Below the pieces are notes generated by a model that was not told where the DNA came from, did not search any database, and was given only the letters and a program-made list of their open reading frames with translations. This document shows, one piece after another, positions 8,976-17,560 of a DNA stretch of 47,317 nucleotides. This DNA is from Sphingomicrobium sp. (GTDB lineage: Bacteria; Pseudomonadota; Alphaproteobacteria; Sphingomonadales; Sphingomonadaceae). Location of the stretch: the NCBI GenBank assembly GCA_035694565.1, contig DASSFK010000071.1, positions 1 through 47,317 on the forward strand, written 5' to 3'. The position numbers and the translations under genes were made by a program. Position 1 is the stretch's first letter; the number at the start of each line of letters is the position of its first letter.

Positions 8976-11252
8976 TCAGCGGAGCAGCTGCAGCAATGTC
9001 TCTTCGTCTAGCGAACCCGCTTCAGGAGGCCGTCCGACCGTCGACGCAATCGCCTTGTTCTTGGTGAGGCCCTTGATGACCTCCGGCAGGTCGTCGGCTA
9101 CGAATGGTCCCTGGGGCACACCGGCCTTGTTGGGCCGCCATGCCGCGATCGCCTCCGGAAACTCGATCAGATGCTCGGCGAGCTGCGGCCACCGCAGCGC
9201 CAGCATCGCCCAGCGCGCACGGGCTTCGGACGCCACCATCCGCCCTTCGATGAACCCGCGCGCCTGCGCGATGGCGACATCGTTGACGAGGCGTTTCATC
9301 GCCCTTGGATTGGCCTCGACGAGGCCGAGCAGCCTCCGCAGCCGGCTTTCGGTCACCGCCTGTGCAGCGGGCGTCGTGATCTGGATTGCCGCTTCCTCGC
9401 GAAACGCCCGGCGCCTCGCCTCATCGGTTTCCGGCACGCTGTCGACGGCAGCCTTTAATTGCGCTTCTGTTTGAAGGTTCGAAAGGGCGCTTCGAGCTTC
9501 GTTCCGGATGTCGTCATTGACGACAGCAGGTCCGCCGCCGCCACCGAGCGTAAGCCTATCGAGGAACTGGCCTTTGATCTCCTCGGTGAGCTTGGGCATG
9601 CCCGCGGAGATCTGGAACATCTTTTCGAGGAAGAGATAGCCGAGCGGCCGTCCGGGCTCGCCGATCTGGGAAGTGAAATCAGCGTAGCGCTTTTCGAACG
9701 CAGCGCAGATCCACTTTCGATCGGCGGCAGCGACGTAGGTGACTGGCTTGCCCTTGAACAGGATCTGGATGCCCTCGAGCAGATCGACGACGACGTCGGC
9801 ATCGCAGCGGTCGAGGTCGTCGATGATGATGACGAGGGGCTCGGCGACCGCATCGACCACGGCATCAAAGAGCCTGACCACCGGCGCCATCGCGTCCGCC
9901 TTGAGCTCCGAATAGGCCTGGGCGGCCCGGCTCGACCCGAACATCAAGGAACGCCCATAGGCGTAGATGGCCGCCGAAGCCGTCGCCACTGCGGCGACGA
10001 TCTTCACTGCGGTGTCGATCGATGTCCGGTCGCTTCCGATCTCGAGAATGACAAGCCCGAACACTGCCGCGATGATCACGAGCGGGAGGATGTCAGCGCG
10101 CAACCGCCACCACCACCACCGCAGCCTCAGGCGCCATTTTGCGCGGGACGTAAGCGGCCGATCCTTGTCCTGGAGGACCGACGAATAGATTGTACGAAGG
10201 AAGGGCCACCAAGGCGGGCGCCGCTTGTTGTGCGCCCAGGCGTTGAACCAGATCACCCGCATGGGCTTGCCCGTCCCCTCTGCTTTCTCGAGATGCTTTT
10301 CGAGAAAGTTGAGCACCGAGGATTTGCCCGAACCCCAGCGGCCATGGATATGGAGCATGAAGGCGGGGCTATCGGCAGACTCTGCTCCCGCCTCCTCGCG
10401 CAGTTGACGAATGCGCTCGGCGAGAACTCTCGCAAAGGGCTCGCGCTCGAGGAGGTCTCGGACAGCGGGAACGTCCGTCTGGGTGCGATAATGGTCGTCC
10501 GGTTCCGGAGATGGCTGAGCCTTGTCGACTATGGGTTTGTCAGGCGTCTCTCGCGGGGTCGTCTTCGGCGGCACGGGCGTGACCGTGGTCTCGGCGTCGC
10601 CAAAGCCGTCGGCCTCGGCGAGAAGACGCTTCCACTCGTCCGACCGCTCGCCTCGCTCTGGTCGCTGCAGCGTGTAGTCGACGATGATTTTGCGAAGCTC
10701 GGCGAGGTCTGCAGGCGTCGGCGTCGTCTTGAGCGGCGTGAACGCACTTCCAGTATCCTTGCTCAGGACGAAGAGGAAATGACGAAGATCCACGACATCC
10801 CGGCCGACCGTCGCCCGAGCGATCTCTTGCGCCTCCTGCATCACCTCGCGGACCGACCCTGAGGCGACAAGCTGCCGGCCCGAGGCAAGCTCCTTTCGGA
10901 TTTCGGCGCCATTGTCCTGACGACCGAGCACTTCCTCGATGGCCGGGTCCAGGCGCCGTGCCCATTGCGCGACCCAGCTCGACGAATTGTGCTCTTTAGG
11001 AGCGGAGAGACCGAGTTCGAGAATGCCCATCGTCAGCGCCCTGCGGCTGAGGAGTGGCCCGCGCTCATGGACGTGGGCGTAGCGCGAGCCACGCTGGATC
11101 GATTCGACGAGGGCGGATGCGTTCGGGTTCACGACCGAGCGCAGGAAATCGTCGACCTCGTCCCCCAGCCCGCCGCTCCTCGGCAACGGGGGCTCTTCGC
11201 GTGGAAGCGAGTATGCACGCGTGCCGCTCGGGGCTCCGCTTCTCGCGCTCAT
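8976..11252 (-). CDS. KAP-family P-loop NTPase with N-terminal ClpN-like region
   Basis: DLLEREPFA; Walker A GRWGSGKS; FNAW; two inserted TM helices; Walker B IIIDDLDRC; FLEKMFQ; NPRAMKRLVN. N-terminal SVREVMQEAQEIARATVGRDVVDLRHFLFVL resembles a Clp repeat. Confidence 0.9.
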   Translation of the reverse strand: MSARSGAPSGTRAYSLPREEPPLPRSGGLGDEVDDFLRSVVNPNASALVESIQRGSRYAHVHERGPLLSRRALTMGILELGLSAPKEHNSSSWVAQWARRLDPAIEEVLGRQDNGAEIRKELASGRQLVASGSVREVMQEAQEIARATVGRDVVDLRHFLFVLSKDTGSAFTPLKTTPTPADLAELRKIIVDYTLQRPERGERSDEWKRLLAEADGFGDAETTVTPVPPKTTPRETPDKPIVDKAQPSPEPDDHYRTQTDVPAVRDLLEREPFARVLAERIRQLREEAGAESADSPAFMLHIHGRWGSGKSSVLNFLEKHLEKAEGTGKPMRVIWFNAWAHNKRRPPWWPFLRTIYSSVLQDKDRPLTSRAKWRLRLRWWWWRLRADILPLVIIAAVFGLVILEIGSDRTSIDTAVKIVAAVATASAAIYAYGRSLMFGSSRAAQAYSELKADAMAPVVRLFDAVVDAVAEPLVIIIDDLDRCDADVVVDLLEGIQILFKGKPVTYVAAADRKWICAAFEKRYADFTSQIGEPGRPLGYLFLEKMFQISAGMPKLTEEIKGQFLDRLTLGGGGGPAVVNDDIRNEARSALSNLQTEAQLKAAVDSVPETDEARRRAFREEAAIQITTPAAQAVTESRLRRLLGLVEANPRAMKRLVNDVAIAQARGFIEGRMVASEARARWAMLALRWPQLAEHLIEFPEAIAAWRPNKAGVPQGPFVADDLPEVIKGLTKNKAIASTVGRPPEAGSLDEETLLQLLR

Positions 11253-11261
11253 AGCCGCACA

Positions 11262-12809
11262 CTACCCATTGGCTGCCGCCGCACGCTTCGCGAGCAGACG
11301 CATCAGCGCTTCGAAGCGAGACTCCACCAAGGCCAGCCCGAGCTCGCCGCCATTGATCGCCCGGCGGTCGTCGCGAAGCCCAGGCGTTGCTGCAAATCGG
11401 TCGAGCTTGTGGCTCTTCCAAAACCAGCCCGCGCCCGCGCACCCGCCCTCCTTGGTCCGGAGGTAGTTGGGCACGTCGTCGACCGGGATTCCGATCTCGT
11501 CGGCGAGCCCCTGGCAATTGGCACGACCGGTCAATTGCTTGGGGCCGTAGCCGCGAAACTTCCAGCCATCGCCGGGCTTGGTATTGCCGAGATTCTTGCG
11601 GCCCCACTCCCCGCCGTAGAGAATGTTGGCGATCTCTTCCTGCCGTTCCTTCGAGAGCGGCGCTTCACCGCGCTTGCGCCCGAGGCGCCGCGCTTCGGCT
11701 TCGCTGATGCGATGCCTGCCGAAGTTCTTGAGCAGCCCTTCGACACTGTAGTTGAGGCTTTCGGTCAAGCGCGTAAGTCCCGCCGATTCGACCGCGATAT
11801 TGGCAAGGAAGCTGCAGAGTTCGCGGTCCGTGTCGATCCCGAACCTGCGGCAGGCGGCCTGCATCGAACCAATCCACTGCTCGAGCTCGGAGGCAGTGTT
11901 CTCGGGGAAAGCAGTGCGCAGGAATTCGAGGTCAATCTGCGCTAGCCACGGGTTATCGCTTGCCTTCGCGCCTGGCTTGGCGGCTGCTCCCGCCGCTGCC
12001 GCGGCCGCCTTCACCAGCGCGGCCTGCGCCGGAGCGTCCGGCTCATCGTCCATCGCGCCCCAGGTGATCGGTCCGACGATCCCGTCGGGCACGAGATCGT
12101 GCGCTCGCTGCCAGGCCCGAAGACGCGCCTCGGTGCGCGGCCCGAAGATCCCGTCCTCCGTCAGGCCCAGAACGTGCTGGAGTAATTTCACCTCGTCCGA
12201 GCGGCTGCCGCGACGAAGTGTCGGGCGGCCTCCGGGATCTCCAGCGGGGATAGGTGGCGGCGGCGATCTTCCGAGAAGGACCTCGGCGACCTGCGCACGG
12301 AATGCGGCCATGTCAAAGGTGGGATCGACCTTGCGACCGAGCGGAAGCGCATATTCCTTGTGCCCGCAGCACATGTTCGCCGAGGCGCCAATGTGGGCGA
12401 GGATCGCTGCGACGCCCCGCCGATACGCCTCAAGCTGAACTTCTGGCCACGCGTCGAGCGGCTCGCCGCTATTCTCCGCCTCTATTCCGACAAAACTTGA
12501 GTTGCCGGTCCGGATTCCCTGCCACTCGCCACGCCCCGCGTGATTGGCCCGACCTGCGGCGACGACATAATAGGTTCCATCGCGGCCAAGCCCGAGATTG
12601 CACAGAGGACCGATGAGGCCTGCGCGCCCTCGGATGAGAACGTCGAGCGTCGGCATGTTGCCGCCCTGGCGGGTCGCCGTGTGGTGACACATGACGCCTC
12701 GAACCCGGCCCATTTCGGCGCGGCCGCGCGTCCGCCAGTCGTGTGTTTCCGCAACCTTGAGCCCCGCTTGCTGCAGCACGTCCGAAAGCCAGACCAGCGC
12801 GTAGGTCAT
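11262..12809 (-). CDS. Modular peptidoglycan hydrolase: Amidase_2 + PG-binding domain + GH19 lysozyme/chitinase-like domain
   Basis: Amidase motifs VMCHHTA, ANHAG, NSSFVGIE, GHKE..KVDP; PG-binding LRRGS..LQ..DGIFGPRT..DGIVGPITW; GH19 motifs FLANIAVES, ESLNYS, GDGWKFRGYGPKQLTG, AINGG. Confidence 0.9.
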   Translation of the reverse strand: MTYALVWLSDVLQQAGLKVAETHDWRTRGRAEMGRVRGVMCHHTATRQGGNMPTLDVLIRGRAGLIGPLCNLGLGRDGTYYVVAAGRANHAGRGEWQGIRTGNSSFVGIEAENSGEPLDAWPEVQLEAYRRGVAAILAHIGASANMCCGHKEYALPLGRKVDPTFDMAAFRAQVAEVLLGRSPPPPIPAGDPGGRPTLRRGSRSDEVKLLQHVLGLTEDGIFGPRTEARLRAWQRAHDLVPDGIVGPITWGAMDDEPDAPAQAALVKAAAAAAGAAAKPGAKASDNPWLAQIDLEFLRTAFPENTASELEQWIGSMQAACRRFGIDTDRELCSFLANIAVESAGLTRLTESLNYSVEGLLKNFGRHRISEAEARRLGRKRGEAPLSKERQEEIANILYGGEWGRKNLGNTKPGDGWKFRGYGPKQLTGRANCQGLADEIGIPVDDVPNYLRTKEGGCAGAGWFWKSHKLDRFAATPGLRDDRRAINGGELGLALVESRFEALMRLLAKRAAAANG

Positions 12810-13909
12810 GGTCGGGCGACCCCCGATTCAACGCCTCCTGAGGCGCGCGGGAGGTCCTCGTCCGCAGTCACTTCCGAATCCTCGAGCGCGGCCTCGGAAG
12901 GGCAGCCGTCTTCTTCACCGTCGTCAGCCAGAGGCCCGTTCTCATCGGCGTCCGCCACTTCCGGGCCGGCGCCTTTCTGGGTTGGCATGATCGGTGGGGG
13001 CACGCCCAGGGGCGGTGTATCAGCCCGCCTGACGATGGGCTGCTCGCCCGTGCGCACGTCGGCTTTGGCGAGAAGGTCGGGAACAAGCCGTTCCGCGAAA
13101 CCGGCGATGAAGCTCACGACGAGGATATGGATGCGCGCATATTCGTCGATCGACGTGTCGCCCAGATGGAATCGAACGAACCCCGAGAGGAGGAGCGCGA
13201 TCATGACCACGCCACCGATCGCCCCGACGACGACGCGCAGGACGGCGTCCATCAGGTTCGCTGTCCGATAGAGATCGGTGAGGATGGTTCGCCCGCGGAT
13301 ACCGAGGGCAATCGAGAAGAACGCGCCAATCGCGCCGGCGGCGAAGCCGTGCCAGAGATCGACGGCGTGCTCGACGCAGAAGACGCGATCGGCCGTGCTC
13401 TGGCATGGCCCTGCGGCATCCAGCAGCATGGCCAGAGCAGCGAAGATGCCGATCGCGATAACAGTCGCAAACGCGGCCATCAGATATTCAAAGCGCGACC
13501 AGCCGACCCGTTCGTTGAGGATGTCCTGCTTGACCTGTTCGAGAAGAACACCGGCGCCGGCCAGGTCGCCCTCGAGCGCAACATGGAGAGCATCGGCTAC
13601 ACGGCGATCATAGCGCTCGGCTTTGCTTCGCAGCTTCTTGCCGTTGTGGATCCTGAACAGGAGGAAGCGCTTTGAATCCGGTGCAGAGCGCCAGCCGTCG
13701 ATCAGGCCGGCGATCTCGCCGCGGATCGGAGCAAGCTGGCTGATTGCCTTGCGCTGCGGGTTGGAGCTGGCCGTCTCGTCGGCAAACTGGACGAGCACGC
13801 GCTGGGCCGTCCTGTAGACCGCGAATTCGGGAGGCTTGCGCGCGTAGATGCAGACGATTGTTGCGCCAAGCGCGTCCGATCCGTCGACCGCCAGATCGGC
13901 AATGTTCAC
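12806..13909 (-). CDS. Hypothetical membrane protein (soluble N-domain, 4 TM helices, acidic tail)
   Basis: Four hydrophobic segments including AGAIGAFFSI and FIAGFAERLVP; stop overlaps the amidase ATG; GTG start at 13909 chosen, 13993 also possible. Confidence 0.75.
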   Translation of the reverse strand: MNIADLAVDGSDALGATIVCIYARKPPEFAVYRTAQRVLVQFADETASSNPQRKAISQLAPIRGEIAGLIDGWRSAPDSKRFLLFRIHNGKKLRSKAERYDRRVADALHVALEGDLAGAGVLLEQVKQDILNERVGWSRFEYLMAAFATVIAIGIFAALAMLLDAAGPCQSTADRVFCVEHAVDLWHGFAAGAIGAFFSIALGIRGRTILTDLYRTANLMDAVLRVVVGAIGGVVMIALLLSGFVRFHLGDTSIDEYARIHILVVSFIAGFAERLVPDLLAKADVRTGEQPIVRRADTPPLGVPPPIMPTQKGAGPEVADADENGPLADDGEEDGCPSEAALEDSEVTADEDLPRASGGVESGVARP

Positions 13910-14137
13910 GCGACCCTGCCCGTAAGACGCGCGCGAACGAATGGGATAACAAGCCTTTCCATGCCCAGAGTTCCCCCGAGCAAGATTCGGCAACCGGCAG
14001 TCTACGCCTTGTATAATTTTACTTCAACGGATTGCTGTACCGGGGCAAGCACGACGCCGATGCGCCGGGCCAGCTTTGGGGGACGCATTAGGTTGCCGCA
14101 CGGGCAAGGTAAGGGTCCCAACAAAATCCTAGAAATC

Positions 14138-14156
14138 TGGCGCGCCCGACATGAAT
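14138..14156. repeat. att site: degenerate duplicate of the tRNA-Arg 3' end
   Basis: TGGCGCGCCCG is identical to 45819-45829; 16/19 match over the extended stretch. Confidence 0.75.
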
Positions 14157-14204
14157 ATGATGGGCACTCAGCCCATTGGGAAATTTCCGTACCCCTATCC
14201 AAAT

Positions 14205-14340
14205 AATGTCCGCTTTGCGCCCATGCGCGTTGTTCCGAGCCTAAGCGCTTTCGACCTAGAACAGACCTCTCGATGTCGGCCAAAAAATCAACTTAACTTA
14301 GCTGGTATCCCTTAATCGGGCTTCCGCCCACCATCGCATT
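14205..14340 (-). repeat. Cluster of degenerate REP-like palindromes (R4-R7), opposite orientation to R1-R3
   Basis: Reverse complements: AACAACGCGCATGGGCGCAAAGCGGACATT (14205-14234), GAGGTCTGTTCTAGGTCGAAAGCGCTTAGG (14240-14269), AATGCGATGGTGGGCGGAAGCCCGATT (14314-14340); half copy at 14272-14280. Confidence 0.5.
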
Positions 14341-15020
14341 TAGCTGACTTTCGCATGGGCAGCGATGGCGGCCCGCCTGCGAACGTGCAGCTTCTCAAGG
14401 ATGTTATGGACGTGATTTTTCACGGTGGCCGGACCTATTCGCAAGTCGAGCGCAATTTCCTTATTGGATAACCCTTTGGAGATCAGGGAAGCGACTTCCA
14501 ATTCACGGGAAGTAAGTGACGAAATTCCCTTCAACGAACGAGACCTGGTGGCGAGAGATGCCAGACGCTCGCACAGGATTGCACTGACCTTAGGCGAGCA
14601 GCGAAACTCTCCGTTGAGCGCCCCGACCACAGCTTGGACCAGCGTATCAATTGAGCTGCTTTCATCAACAAAAGCGGCAATTCCTGCCTCTGCGCAGGCG
14701 ACAATGTGAGCATCGGATCCACAAACACCGAAGCCCACAAGTACCGAGTTTTCGTGGCTCTGCTTGATCTGTCGGGCAAGTGAAAGCCCATCTTCGTTCG
14801 AAGCATCCAATATGATTGCGTCCGGAGCATTGCTGACAACTTCCACCTCAGCGTGGACTGGCTCTGTGCTGGCTACAACTTGTAGCCGGCCATCAGTCGA
14901 AAGGCTGGAAGCTAGCCCTTGCCGGTACAGGAGAACCGGACTGATCAGCATCACCCGGGCCAACGGCAAGGATCGACTTTCCGCGTGACCATTCAGAATG
15001 GCGGGTTCGATATCAGCCAT
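14340..15020 (-). CDS. NarL/LuxR-family transcriptional regulator (atypical receiver + LuxR HTH)
   Basis: LTSRELEVASLISKGLSNKEIA..L.I...TVKNHVHNILEKL HTH; REC-like N-domain; GGAGG RBS before the ATG at 15020. Confidence 0.9.
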   Translation of the reverse strand: MADIEPAILNGHAESRSLPLARVMLISPVLLYRQGLASSLSTDGRLQVVASTEPVHAEVEVVSNAPDAIILDASNEDGLSLARQIKQSHENSVLVGFGVCGSDAHIVACAEAGIAAFVDESSSIDTLVQAVVGALNGEFRCSPKVSAILCERLASLATRSRSLKGISSLTSRELEVASLISKGLSNKEIALDLRIGPATVKNHVHNILEKLHVRRRAAIAAHAKVS

Positions 15021-15371
15021 CGGCACCTCCGAACGTCAGGAGAACGGAATTTCTGTTGGCGCACGATCGGCACTTCGGGCTTGCCTATGACTTTTTAACG
15101 TGGATTAGGAATTTTGGAAATAGCCGACTGGTCAGTACCTCTGGCCATCTCGTTCGATCCACATTCACCCGGTCAAGCGGCCCAGTCCATTGGGCACAGT
15201 CTTTGGGGATTGGCAGTCTAAAGGAATGAAACGCTTTGGCTAGCAGCCGCGCCACGGCCAGTCTGGCTGGTCGTTAGGCGCCCTACCAAATGATGGTCGC
15301 GGATTACCCGATTGGCCGATGGTCAGCCTTCGTCTCGAGGCGCAAAATTCACGCACGAGAGGAACTGTGCT
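15021..15371. promoter_or_regulatory. Divergent promoter region between the regulator and the eCIS operon
   Basis: 351-bp lower-GC intergenic region between divergent genes; recurring motif TASCCGAYTGGYC. Confidence 0.5.
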
Positions 15372-16970
15372 ATGGCCACCGCCGTAAGCTATCCCGGTGT
15401 GTATGTCGAAGAGATCCCGAGCGGCGTCCGCACCATTACCGGTGTGGCTACTTCCATCACTGCCTTTTTGGGTCGGGCAGCCAAGGGCCCAGTTGGTGAA
15501 ACGGTCTTCATCAATAGTTTCGGCGATTTCGAACGACAATTCGGTCCGCTAACTGCTGACTGTCCGCTGGCTTACGCAGTTCGCGATTTCTACCTCAACG
15601 GCGGCAGCCAGGCGATCATCGTCCGCGTATTCAAGGCCGATGGTGCAGGCGGCGACAAGCCGGCCGGCATCAAGATGACAAATCTGGAGCTTTCGGCTGC
15701 GTCGCCCGGCGGTTGGGGCAACATGCTGCGCGTTAGGGTCGACAACAAAGTCTCTGAGGACGTGGCCAATCGTTACGGATTGGCCAAAGCCGACCTGTTC
15801 AACCTCACGGTCCGCGACACAAAGACAGAAGCGACCGAGACATTTTTGAACCTCACCGCCAAGGAAAGCCCTCGGCGCGTCGATCGCGTGCTCAACACGG
15901 AATCGGCGCTAGTTCGAGTGGCGGAAGGATTCACGCTGACCGATGTCCCCCCTCCCCATGGAGATGCGGGCGCAGGAAAGACGATTTGGGATGATGATAC
16001 AGCGTCCTCGAAGGTCGCGAACGCTGATAAAGGCAAGGACAGCGCGGGACTGGATCGGGGAGCCTACCAAGGTGACACCGCCAAGCAGACAGGTGGACTG
16101 CAGGCACTGCTCAAGACTGACCTTTTCAACCTCCTTTGCATCCCGGGGGATGTGCGCGGTGCGACCCTGCCCAAGGAGGTCTATCAGGATGCGATTGACG
16201 TTTGCGTAAAGCGGCGGGCCATGCTGATCGTTGATCCGCCGGCCGAATGGAAGAGCGCCAACCAGATCGCCAAGGACAGCGCCAAGGCATTGACGGACCT
16301 TGGGCTTTCCGGGCCAGCGGCCCGTAACGCCGCAATCTTCTTCCCCCGGCTTATCGAGTCCGACCCAAAGCTCGACGGTGCGCTCGACGAATTCCCGCCA
16401 TCCGGCGCCGTCGCCGGCCTCTTCGCTCGAACGGATGCAACCCGCGGGGTCTGGAAGGCGCCAGCCGGGGTCGATGCGGCCCTCGCCGGGGTGCAAGCCC
16501 TGTCGGTGACCCTGACGGACGAGGAGAATGGTCAGCTCAACCCGTTAGGCGTCAATTGCCTTCGCGCCTTTCCGATCGTCGGTCGCATTTCCTGGGGCTC
16601 CCGAACGATGCGCGGCGCGGACCTGCTAGCCGACGAATATAAATATGTCCCTGTTCGCCGGCTTGCCCTCTACATCGAGGAAAGCCTGTTCCGCGGCCTC
16701 AAGTGGGTGGTGTTCGAGCCCAATGATGAGCCGCTTTGGGCTCAAATCCGGCTCAATGTGGGCGCCTTCATGAATGGCCTTTTCCGCCAGGGCGCGTTTC
16801 AGGGCATGAGCCCGCGCGATGCCTATTTCGTCAAATGCGACAGGGAGACCACGACCCAGAACGACATAAACCTGGGCATCGTCAATGTCGTGGTCGGCTT
16901 CGCGCCGCTGAAGCCTGCTGAGTTCGTCATCATCAAGCTGCAGCAGATGGCCGGGCAGATCTCGATCTGA
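15372..16970 (+). CDS. eCIS contractile tail sheath protein (Afp2/3/4-like)
   Basis: YPGVYVEEIPSG; RGVWKAPAG; LNPLGVNCLR; YVPVRRL; VFEPNDEPLW; GFAPLKPAEFV. Confidence 0.95.
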   Translation: MATAVSYPGVYVEEIPSGVRTITGVATSITAFLGRAAKGPVGETVFINSFGDFERQFGPLTADCPLAYAVRDFYLNGGSQAIIVRVFKADGAGGDKPAGIKMTNLELSAASPGGWGNMLRVRVDNKVSEDVANRYGLAKADLFNLTVRDTKTEATETFLNLTAKESPRRVDRVLNTESALVRVAEGFTLTDVPPPHGDAGAGKTIWDDDTASSKVANADKGKDSAGLDRGAYQGDTAKQTGGLQALLKTDLFNLLCIPGDVRGATLPKEVYQDAIDVCVKRRAMLIVDPPAEWKSANQIAKDSAKALTDLGLSGPAARNAAIFFPRLIESDPKLDGALDEFPPSGAVAGLFARTDATRGVWKAPAGVDAALAGVQALSVTLTDEENGQLNPLGVNCLRAFPIVGRISWGSRTMRGADLLADEYKYVPVRRLALYIEESLFRGLKWVVFEPNDEPLWAQIRLNVGAFMNGLFRQGAFQGMSPRDAYFVKCDRETTTQNDINLGIVNVVVGFAPLKPAEFVIIKLQQMAGQISI

Positions 16971-17007
16971 CGCCGACTAGAAGGACAGATTCAAGGAGGA
17001 AGCGATC

Positions 17008-17532
17008 GTGGCCCAGTTCACCGTCAATGCCGAGCGCTTCGATCCCTACAAAAACTTCAAGTTCCGTGTGAACTGGGACGGCAGATATGTTGCCGGGGTC
17101 AGCAAGGTAAGCGCGCTCAAACGAACCACCGAAGTCGTTAAACATCGCGATGGCGGGGATCCAAGCAGCAGTCGTAAGTCGCCGGGCCGCACCGAGTTCG
17201 AAGCGATCACCCTAGAGCGAGGCGTCACCCACGACAAAGAATTCGAACAATGGGCAAACAAGGTATGGAGCCTGGGCGCCGGGCTGGGCGGGGAAGTATC
17301 CCTCAAGGACTTCCGGAAGAACATCCTGATCGAGGTCTATAACGAGGCCGGCCAACTCGCCATGACCTATAAGGTGTTGCGCGCTTGGGTCTCTGAATTT
17401 CAGGCGCTGCCAGATCTCGACGCTAACGCAAATGCGGTAGCGATCCAGCATCTCAAGCTTGAGAATGAAGGCTGGATCCGTGACGTCGAAGTCGCGGAGC
17501 CAGCCGAGCCGACCTTTACCATCCCCGCCTAA
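17008..17532 (+). CDS. eCIS tail tube protein (T4 gp19-like, Afp1/5-like)
   Basis: DPYKNFKFRV; KSPGRTEFEAITLERGVT; LDANANAVAIQHLKLENEG; AAGGAGG RBS; GTG start. Confidence 0.95.
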   Translation: MAQFTVNAERFDPYKNFKFRVNWDGRYVAGVSKVSALKRTTEVVKHRDGGDPSSSRKSPGRTEFEAITLERGVTHDKEFEQWANKVWSLGAGLGGEVSLKDFRKNILIEVYNEAGQLAMTYKVLRAWVSEFQALPDLDANANAVAIQHLKLENEGWIRDVEVAEPAEPTFTIPA

Positions 17533-17560
17533 TCTGGGTGGTGCTGGGCTGGAGGAACGC

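Noticed and set aside
2400-13675. Long plus-strand ORFs (for example 2400-3344, 4745-5788, 9459-10862, 10965-11945)
   Set aside because: Antisense shadows of well-supported minus-strand genes in high-GC DNA; no motifs
2188-14137. A second tRNA-derived att repeat bounding the protease operon as a tandem island
   Set aside because: I found no further TGGCGCGCCCG copy or integrase to the left by eye, so mobility of this block is unproven
13961-14206. 81-aa ORF as an independent gene
   Set aside because: Weak start, overlaps the upstream region of the opposite-strand operon; only the last 22 codons look meaningful, as the att-encoded integrase tail
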